A DNA stretch of 64,000 bases, from assembly GCA_951406725.2 (NCBI GenBank), contig OX597816.1, forward strand, positions 133,424,001-133,488,000. Direction: 5' to 3'. Below are positions 54,177 to 64,000 of the stretch, in pieces. Position 1 is the first letter of the stretch; each line of letters opens with the position of its first letter. The position numbers were made by a program, and so were the translations under genes. The notes beneath the pieces are model-generated. The model was given only the letters and a program-made list of their open reading frames with translations, ran no database searches and was not told where the DNA came from. This DNA comes from Octopus vulgaris (Eukaryota).

Positions 54177-54616
54177 AAAAATTTCAGGCCTAGAAAAGTA
54201 TATTGTGACAGTTACAGAATATAGAAAGTAATGTACCACCAACTAAAATATCTCAGTTACACAAATGTAAACAGAATTACTATTTAATCTTAAAATACAT
54301 CGTACATATTCAAAGAACCTTCTTGGTTTAGGGGTACACAACGTTTTTCTGGTATTCTTTTATGCTTTTACTTGTTTCAGTCATTTGACGGTGGCCATGC
54401 AGGAGCACCACTCTTTAGTCAAAAAAATTGACCCCTGGGCTTATTCCCTGTAAACCTGGTGCTTATTCTATCAGTCTCTTCTGCTGAACAGCTAAATTAC
54501 AGGGACGCGAACACACCAATATCGGTTGTCAAGCAATGGTGGTGGTGGGACAAACACAGACACAAACACACACACACATACATACATACATGCATGCATA
54601 TGTACATACATACATC

Positions 54617-54952
54617 TGAGACCCCCTTCGGTCATGACTGACCATGGGATTGCACCTAGAAAGTTACCCTCCCAGGCACAAGTCCGGGCAATGTTGTTTA
54701 TGGAAGACCAGCAGTCGCCCATGCATACCATTCACCCCTTTCCATGTCACCACTGTTATCCAAGGGAAAGGCAAAGGTTGATACAGCTTGGCACCAGTGA
54801 TGTTGCAACTCATTTCTACAGCTGAGAGAACTGGAGCAACGTGAAATAAAGTGTCTTGCTTAAGAACACAACACACAGCTCGGTCCAGGATTTGAATTCG
54901 CAATGTTATGATCATAAGCTCGACACTCTAACCACTGAGCCATGTGCCTTCA
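54617..54952 (-). mobile_element. tRNA-derived SINE with the head of 10536-10797 but a different 3' tail
   Basis: Minus-strand head GTGAAGGCACATGGCTCAGTGGTTAGAG...GAATTCAAATCC, with a shared core TGTGTTCTTRAGCAARACACTT...CAGCTG. Confidence 0.8.
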
Positions 54953-54964
54953 CATATACATACA

Positions 54965-54998
<34 letters not shown>

Positions 54999-55559
54999 CA
55001 TACATACATGCATGCATACATACATACATACATACATACATACACATATACATGCATATATATATATATATATATATATATGAGGGGCTTGGAGGTAGTG
55101 GTGATGCTGGCTGGTGCGATTTTGCTGGTATGCCGAGAGAGATCCAGTGGGCCCCTAATTGGGTCCCCGATCTTAAAGGTGTAATGTGGATGTGTAATGA
55201 TGACACATCAACAAATGAACCAGAAATTCTAACTTAAAAAATATAGAAAGAAAAAGGCAACGTATTCCGAAGCCAAAAGATAAATAGGGAGGAGTGAGCC
55301 TGTTTTCTCTCGGTAGTTGCTGTTGCAAAAGAGGTAGTATGGAAGACGAGAGTGAAAGGAATTGCAATAGGCAGTATTTGAACTCAGAACATAAAAAGCT
55401 GCAATGAATACAACAAGGCATTTTGGCCAACACTTTAATAAACTCTGCCAATTCACCACTCATTGCCAATCCAATGTTATACTGATTCTTTTCTTAATAA
55501 CATAAAATTCTGTTTTCTGATTAAACTAAATATTTATTTCTCATGTTTATTATTATTAA

Positions 55560-55867
55560 CCCCTTACCCGGCAGAAACGAATATATTCGTTTTGACCGAA
55601 ATCATTTTTTTCTATCTCTGGCGAGTTAACTCGTCAAAAGATAGACTCGCCAAAATCGACAGCAAACGAGTTCCTTCATCTAAAAACGGGTTAACTCGTT
55701 TCTGCCCAAAGCGGTAATTTAAAATCAATATTATTGAATTAAAATTCATAATAAATAAGGTTTGAAATATACCTCGAAATCACCATTCAAAACATAGTAA
55801 AATAAAACAATTAAAAAATATGTCTGAAAAAATACATTTATTTTCAAAATAATTGTTGGGTAAGGGG
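55560..55867. mobile_element. piggyBac-type MITE, intact ends
   Basis: TTAA (55556-55559), CCCCTTACCC...GGGTAAGGGG, TTAA (55868-55871). Three internal palindromes. Confidence 0.92.
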
Positions 55868-56937
55868 TTAAGCTAAATAAAAATGATAATGTTGTATTTC
55901 ACAGACGAATGCTAGATCTTGTAACTTAACACTGGAAATTTTTTTTTAAATCACACAGATTTTCACAAACCATCTGTCATTTTTTGGAAAGACACTGTCA
56001 ACATGAGCAACCTCTTAATTTTAGTTTTCCAGTAGAATATCATTAATATCATTTATTGTCATGTTTGTACAAACTAGATTCTAACAAGTAATTCAATAAT
56101 CTTATTTTGTGTCTGTTTATATTTATTTTGTGTGACAAAAACATGAATGTGTTCTTACGATTCAACTGATCTAAACTGAAAGAAATCACTGATATTTCCT
56201 TTGTGGTTTCTTTAGAAACACTAAAGATTATAAGTTGCTGTACAATAGCAACTATGAAGACTACAAAGAGAAATGCTTTCTATAGAAAGAGATGCATCTA
56301 ACAAAAATCTGAGGTTTGGATGAAAACTAAATTACTCAATTTCTGAGGATTCTGCTTTGATGTGATATGAATAATTAAGTTTAGTATGCATCAGGCTATT
56401 GTATGATTGTGTGTAAATTGAAGCAAAAAGCTAATATTAAGTTTTCTCAGTGTGCTCTGTAAAATGGTTTACTGAAGAATTTCATGGCTTTATCCTTTCT
56501 GATTTATATGACACATATATTTCAACAGTTATGCTTATTTTGGTCTTATTCCCATAACTTGGAACAAATAATTTCTCAACATGTGACCATATAAAGAAGG
56601 CAACATCTCAAATGATAAAAATTACATATATAGCTCACCAGTTGCTTTGAGTATTGTTACTATGTTCATATATAGTATGTTGTCACATCTGCTCGATACA
56701 TATAGAGTTGTGTGTATGTGTGTGTGTGCGTGCATGCATGTGTGTGGGTGTGTGAGAGGAGTGTGTGTGTGTGTGTGTACTGATGTAAGCATGGTAGTGT
56801 GGTTAAGAAGTTCATTCTACAACCATGTGGTTTCAGATATGGTCCCACTTTTTTAAATTTCTACTGTATCCTCATAGCACCTAATGCCTTGTGAATGTAT
56901 TTCATAGATAGAAACTACAGGAAGCCTGTCAACTATA

Positions 56938-56973
<36 letters not shown>

Positions 56974-57013
56974 TGTATGTATGTATGTATGTATGTATGT
57001 ATGTATGTATATA

Positions 57014-57487
57014 AATCAGAAAATGGAGAAAACCTCAGATTAACAAACACATTGATTGGACCACATTTATAGCATATTTTTTTAATACAAAGCATGACAT
57101 AATAAATAGGTAATGTAACAAATCTTACAAATATTTCTGCATCCGTTACCAAACACTGTCTATAAATAATTGTGAAAATAAAATTCTTCATCTTCACAGG
57201 ACATTTGAATTAAGGTACAGAGTTTCATCTGAGTAAAAAAACAAGCGCATCCAATATAAACAAAGGGATGCTCTTGTTTTTTTACTCTGATGAAGCTCTG
57301 TGCCTTAATTCAAATGTCGTATGAGGATGAAGAATTTTATTTTTGCAATTATTTTTAGACAGTGTTTGGCAACAGATGTGGAAACGGTCGTAAGATTTGT
57401 TATGTCATGCTTTGTATTAAAATATAAGCTATAAATGTGGTCCAATCAATGTGTTTGTTAATCTGAGGTTTTCTCCATTTTCTGATT
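57014..57487. repeat. ~230-bp-arm inverted repeat (PLE-type fold-back)
   Basis: Arm 57014-57252 is the reverse complement of 57266-57487, with a 13-nt spacer. Flanked by (TATG)n on the left and (TA)n further right. Confidence 0.93.
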
Positions 57488-57652
57488 ATTTGGATTTGTT
57501 TCCTTATAAACTTTTGTTTATCGTGTTGTTACCTGCACTCCACGTGCATAGTGTGCCTGCACGCCAATGCCTGGGGATAACACGTGTAATGGATACAATG
57601 CATATGGATATTTTATACCTTAGTCAGTTATTATAACCACTAACTCTGTATA

Positions 57653-57698
<46 letters not shown>

Positions 57699-59589
57699 GA
57701 ATGTGTGTGCGTGTAATAACTGAATTCAGTTTGAAATACATTAATATAAAGATTTATTTATATGTTTATCAATATTTCTGCATTTATATTTGAAACACAC
57801 ACACACATATACACACACTCATACATACATGCATATGTATATATATTTATATAGGAATGAAAAGAATACTTAATACATGGTGTAGAGTTTGTAGTTATTA
57901 GAAATTATTTGATGATTCACTATATTGCTAATTAGAATTTCATGCAAATGTCGTACAAGCAAGGTTGTTGAAACACTATTTGGTGAATGCATGAAACTGT
58001 GTGTGTTCAATGCACGAGATAAGTTTATTTTCAGTGGTTGAGGCAAGTCACAATGTGGAATAAGGAAGAGAATCACATGTGACATACTGTGAATACATTC
58101 AAAAGATAATATTAGACACATATGCACTATTTCATGTTAAGTTACAGGGAAAATTTTTGTCCTAATTTTTCTGGAAACTCAAGGATCAAGGATTGGGATT
58201 TATTCCATGTGTGCTTATTCAGATTGATAGAGAGAAACTCCCCATCCTTCTCCCAGTTCATCTCAGAACTCAGAACCATGGATTTTGGTAATCCATAAAG
58301 CATCATCAGCAAGAGCCACTTCATACGTAAATGGACCCCAAAACTGCAGACTACACTTAACTATCAAAGAAGCCAGTGAAACCTCAAGACTGAGGAAAGT
58401 GAATAGTTTTTTTGCACCTACGCAGAATGGTTGAAATGGAAAAAAACCTTCTCCAAAGAACTCAGCATTACTAAAAAATTGCCTATCCAACATCAGCTGA
58501 GCTAGATATATAGAAATTGTTTTAAAGAATTTCAAAATTTGTATGTGAATTTAAATTTACCTTTTATTCTGTTGAATATGAAATGAGTAATAATCATATT
58601 AATCTTTATCTAATATTAGTATCAATTATTTTAATTGCTATCAGCTTTCACTTTTAATTTTTCAATTCTGAGTAAATATAATATAATTAATATACCTCTG
58701 ATTAATTCATATCAAAGAAATGAAATCATACTGAAACAGTGTGTCTCTGAATATTAAGAGAGTAAATATAGTTAGAATCTAACTATATTAAATTTAAAAA
58801 CTAATAATAGAGTATATTTTATCTAATTAACAAGAGAAACATTTTCATAAAAGATGTCTTGCTCTTGCAAAGAAACTGAAATTAATATATGTATGTTGTT
58901 TACATGCCAGAAGCTCTGGTTTTTCATCCATGAAAAATATCTTTAAAGACATATGGTGCAATATACTTCAAACATAGGTGAAACAATCATCCTGGAAGTG
59001 GCACAAGTATGTGACATTGATAGGCCACAGCTGCAGCAAAATATGTATCTTCACTCTCATGATCACTTCTGAGGTGATTTCATTTCACCTAGGTCTGAAG
59101 TATATTGTTTTTTAACACTGTCTTGAAAGGGATTTTCCTGGTTGAAAAACAACAGTTTCTGGCATTTAAAGAACATGCACATGCATGTATGCATGAATGC
59201 ACACATACATACATGCACACACACGCATGCACACACACACACATACACACACACGTATTGCATTCATAATATTTTTATCATAGAGCTGCTTCTATTGCAT
59301 AATTCAAATGTGTGTGTGAGTGTGAGTGTGTGTGTGTGTGCATGTATGTGCACCCATTTTGTATGCATTCATGTATACATATATATATGTACATGTTCAC
59401 ACATGCATATCAGTGGGTGCTGAGAAGTTACTGGCTTTAAGGGTGTCATGAAAGGCTTGATTGGAAGCCTAACTTTCTGATTTCTTTTAAAGGGCATAGA
59501 AAAACTGAAGGACTATTGCAATAATTGTGTGAATCTGAGAAGGGAATATGTTGAATAAAATCATAATTAACTGATCCTTCTGTATTTTC

Positions 59590-59663
59590 TTATATATATA
59601 TATATAAAATGTATATATATATATGTATATACATATATGTATATACATATATATATATATATG

Positions 59664-59728
<65 letters not shown>

Positions 59729-59787
59729 AAAAAATATATATAAAGAAATACAAAATGGGACAAGAACACAAAACACTCAAATAGACG

Positions 59788-59826
<39 letters not shown>

Positions 59827-59903
59827 CATATATATATATATATGCATATATATATATGTATATATATATGTATATATATGTATATATATATATATATATA
59901 ATG

Positions 59904-59964
<61 letters not shown>

Positions 59965-59990
59965 GTATATGTGTGTGCGTGTTTATATAT
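59590..59990. repeat. Compound (TA)n/(TATG)n microsatellite block
   Basis: About 400 bp dominated by TA repeats with a short unique insert. Confidence 0.95.
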
Positions 59991-60413
59991 AAACGAATAA
60001 GAACATGAAACTCTGAGTAGCAGTTTTTTGTGATATTTTTGTGATGTTTTTGCAGCTTTAATAATGATAAAGCATACTACACTACCTTCAGTATTCAAGT
60101 ACTATTTTTTCACATTTATGTGCTTACTTTAGTATATATATATATATATAGACAGACAGACAGATAGCTAGATAGATAGAGATGTGTATATGTCATTGTA
60201 CGATCCAAGGATCTAAGTAAGCTTCGTGCAGTCTATGGTAGGTATAAAAAAACAACATTCAGGAGCAATAATAATTTATGGGTGTTGAAAGTTGTTGGCT
60301 TTTCCCATATTGAAGTTCAATAAGTCAAAAAAAATTTTTATAGTTCACAGTTAGAAACTAGAGTTGCTATGAATATGAATAAAAATCCAAATTTAGGGCG
60401 TAGAACAGGTAAA

Positions 60414-60508
60414 ATCTTGGCTAATTACATTTCCTAGCTGGTAGATCCTCTGATGTAATAATTTATTCAATGAGGGGTCTTCAGGTAGCTACTCATCAGG
60501 CCGAAGAT
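60414..60508 (-). ncRNA. Hammerhead ribozyme-like motif (type I), slightly degenerate
   Basis: Minus strand ATCTTCGGC-CTGATGA-G-TAGCT...AGCTA-G-GAAA-TGTAAT-TA-GCCAAGAT. Stem I has 8 bp with one bulge and both core boxes are intact. Confidence 0.65.
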
Positions 60509-60686
60509 ACCTTAATTATATGAAGGTTACATTTTACTGAAAATATAATTGGAAATGAGTATTATATCTTCGGTGAGTTAACTTGAGATTCCTTAATGAC
60601 AATGTAACCTTCATATAGTTAACGTATCTTTAGCCTAATGAGTAACTACCTGAATACCTCTTGTTAAGTAAATTATTACATCAGAG
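60448..60686. repeat. Inverted repeat with ~86-bp arms
   Basis: 60448-60533 is the imperfect reverse complement of 60601-60686. Confidence 0.9.
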
Positions 60687-60702
60687 AATATAATTATATA
60701 TA

Positions 60703-62340
60703 TACTGGCAGAATTGCCCGGCAATGCTCAGGGCTGAATTGCTTGAAAGTACTGTTAATGATTGCACTGAATTATGATGATTATTCAGGCAAATATTGAT
60801 ATAAGTTTACAGTGAATGAATGTATTTGTAAGTGTATAGAAAGCCGTGTAAAGGTGTTCCTACCCCCTCGTAGAATGGTGTAAGAATTGAATGCAAGGTT
60901 GCCTTGAAAAGAGCCATGTTATTATTCTCATAATTGTAAGAATTTGATAGTCGTGGAAGGCGGTGTAAAACGTTCGCAGGTAAATAGGGTTTCTTCATTT
61001 TCCACGAACGGCAGCAGATGTGCTGTTACAAAACTTCATGCTGTGTTAAAAGAGAATGGATGCCCTATGTAGGCAAGAGGGGAATGAAGCATGGGTAAGT
61101 AAATATGGGTAGTTTATAAAATATAGAGCATGCATGTATATATATGTATGTATGCGTGTATATATGTACAAAATCCACTGAGAAGGCTTTTGTTGGTCTG
61201 AAGGTACAGCAGAAGACACATGCCAAGTCACCACACAGTGGGACTGAACCCAGGACCATGTGTTTGGAACGTAGTTTGTTACCACACAGCCACACCTGCC
61301 CCTATGTATGTGTGTGTGTGTGTGTGTGCGTATGTGTGTATGGGTAGATATATTATGTATGTATATATGTGTATATATATATGTGTATATATTACATGTA
61401 CATCTATATATATACATCTACACATAAAATACAAAATACAAAGTTATATCTTGATATCGCTAGTGATAACAATACTCAAAATATATAATAGACTGGAATT
61501 GTAGGCCCGTCTCTTGCAATTTCGATCAATTGGATCTTGTCCTCCCTCTTGTATAGAAGTGTACGGCCGCAGCGAAATTCATTTTTGGACTTTCTTCTAT
61601 CGAAGGCATTTTAACAAAAATGCTTTCGTAAAGACGGTGAAAATATTGTCAATTTCCCCAAACAGGGACACAATTCAATTTTTAAACAATAACCAAAGCC
61701 CCTTTTCCGAAAGGGGGAGGGTTATGGTTTACAATTATTTAACAAATGATACACAACAATGTTTCCCTGACGAGGAACCAACAAACGTGATTACAATAGT
61801 CAAACAGTAATAATAATAACAACAAACCTTTTTAATTTATCCCCATTTATGTGAAACCACTTATTCAAGTTCAAGTCATTGATGCAATTTTATACGAATT
61901 GCTAATACACACACACACATAATAAGGGTGAAAAATTGAATATTAATTTGATTAATATGAATTGAAAACCAGTGGTGTAGCATATAAGACCATAGCGGAT
62001 CTTCCTCTAGCAAAAAGGATGACCAGTATTAATGGCTCATCCCTGTTATATAAATACTTTCACTTTAATTATTGCATACTTGCAAAGAGAAAGTAAGAGA
62101 AAGTGTTGTGGTAATGGAAGGAGTGAAGCACTTGAAATGAGAGAGGGAAATCGTAAAATATTGAGTTTTCTCGAATTTTTGCTTAATTGGGGGTGAAATT
62201 GAAAAAACTACATGCCATGACCCAATGGAATCTACTTCGAAAAATCATAGGTAAATTCCAATTGAAGAAATTCTATATTGTACAATTGTATAAAAAACAA
62301 ACTATTTGGGAGGCAGAGAAAATCTGCCTTTCATCATAAG
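60703..62340 (+). mobile_element. Non-autonomous Helitron/Helentron-like element interrupted by a SINE (about 61150-61300)
   Basis: Left end TACTGGCAGAATTGCCCGGCAATGCTCAGGG (TACTAG..CCCGGCGTTGCTCGGG-type terminus). Right subterminal hairpin AGGCAGA-GAAAA-TCTGCCT. Both ends lie in TA-rich sites. Confidence 0.55.
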
Positions 62341-62969
62341 ATATATATATATATATATATATATATATGCTCAAACATATACTCATACACACACACACAC
62401 ATATAATAATTAATTATTTCAAAACCAACATTTTTTTTCTCCCAACCATGATGCAATCCAAAAAAGTTGGCATTTACATAATAGATATTTAACCCTGTGC
62501 ATATAAGATGCTAAATATTCTGATCTTTTGATCAAACTGTTACTGCTGTGAAGCAAAATTCTTAAAATTTAAGAGCTTAATTCCTTATATCATTGAACTA
62601 CGATATAATATTACTTCAGTGCAATATTCATAGCATTGAATTTGTCATAGTTATAAAAGCAGTTAAAATAAATGTTTAGACAAAGTATGTGGAAGAATAG
62701 AAAAAGATTTAAATGATATTTCAAGATTTTATTGTTATGTTCTACAGCTGTTTTCATGGCTTAAGTGCAATCATCAAACATGCAATAATTTTGTAATTAA
62801 TATTTAATTAATTAATACACAAGTAATTAATTTGAATGAGATGAGTAAGACATTTCATCAGGAAGGATTTTGAAATATGAAAATCAAAACATTATTACTG
62901 TTATAAATATAATATATACAGAGAATACAAAGAAAAATAAAAAAACATAAATGATGACGATGTTGTATG

Positions 62970-63010
<41 letters not shown>

Positions 63011-63047
63011 ATATATACATACATACATACATACATACATACATACA

Positions 63048-63083
<36 letters not shown>

Positions 63084-63466
63084 TAAAGTTATAAATAATG
63101 AGAGAAATATAGTATGATAAAATTTATTTAACCATTGGAAATTCTTATAGCTGAATCCATTATATTGTGACTTAAATATTATATACATATATATATATAT
63201 AGGCAATTTGAAGATGTAATATCCTCCTTAGAGATTATAAAATCCAGAGATCAACAGGTGTTATTGATCATATATTGGGAGAATTCTCTCAATATATAGG
63301 GATAAACTGTCTAATATACATTTAATTTTAATCTAAGAAAGTAGAGAAAAAATATATTGTGGATACATACAAATAAAATAAGTATCCACAATGTATTTTT
63401 TTATCCATTTTCTTATATTAATACATATATATATATATGTAAATAATATGTATGTAATATGATATA

Positions 63467-63640
63467 CAGTGTACTCCCACTTACTTGTGGTTCAGCATTC
63501 AAAGACCCAGTTATTCGCAGAACTGATAATTGTTTACAGAAACCACTGCATATTCACAGAATCGTAAATATTGTCACAATTTTTTATGGCTTTTTTTTCA
63601 TGGCAGTATATATTTTTCACACTTTTTAAGGCTAAATTAT
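63467..63640 (+). mobile_element. Possible Tigger/pogo-like MITE left end
   Basis: TA-CAGTGTACTCCCACTTACTTGTGG terminus with repeated TATTCGCAGA/TATTCACAGA subterminal motifs. Confidence 0.45.
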
Positions 63641-64000
63641 CAATAGCAATATACCGTATTTGCCTCTTTGTAGTTGAAGCTCCCTATGATTAGAATAGCC
63701 ATACATCACATTGCTTAATTGTTTTAGATACATGTACAGTGCATCTTGTATCTCTTATTCCTACTTTCAATCAAAGCTTGCTAATTAGTATAGCAATATC
63801 TATCTATATTTCACACATACATGATCTCTCACTGTATTTGTCTCTCAACAACAACGGCATCTCATTGTAGTGAAAGTATATATATATAGCAACAATAATT
63901 CTCCAAACGAGATACAGACAGCAACTGCTCCATAACAAAAGGGACATTAGCCATTTGAATGTGGCTAGGGACAGGGCAGGGCGGTGGGGGTGTTACTGAT

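Overview
AT-rich, microsatellite-dense eukaryotic DNA. The SINE families resemble those of octopod cephalopods (Octopus-like; inferred from repeat content, not proven). No complete host gene is visible, and almost all short ORFs in the track are microsatellite or repeat artefacts. The window is mostly transposon relics: a Helitron PIF1-helicase fragment, a young 5'-truncated CR1-type LINE with an uninterrupted RT ORF, decayed CR1 EN/RT pieces, a Penelope-like (PLE) RT fragment, a hAT transposase pseudogene, two Merlin-type elements, piggyBac/hAT/Tc1 MITEs, an LTR relic, a Helentron-like element and many tRNA-derived SINEs. A CpG-retaining domain at about 14.6-20.3 kb holds a candidate first exon, which suggests a promoter followed by a long intron. 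Three signals stand out. (i) At least seven hammerhead-ribozyme-like motifs occur in microsatellite-flanked, often fold-back, PLE-type repeats, including one with an apparent compensatory G3-C8 core swap and one nearly complete type I fold. (ii) A 13-unit higher-order (ABB)n array of 61-bp units, each able to form a hairpin plus an H-type pseudoknot, lies inside a retroposon. (iii) CpG retention in SINE copies varies with position. All structural calls were made by eye and none was computed or tested.
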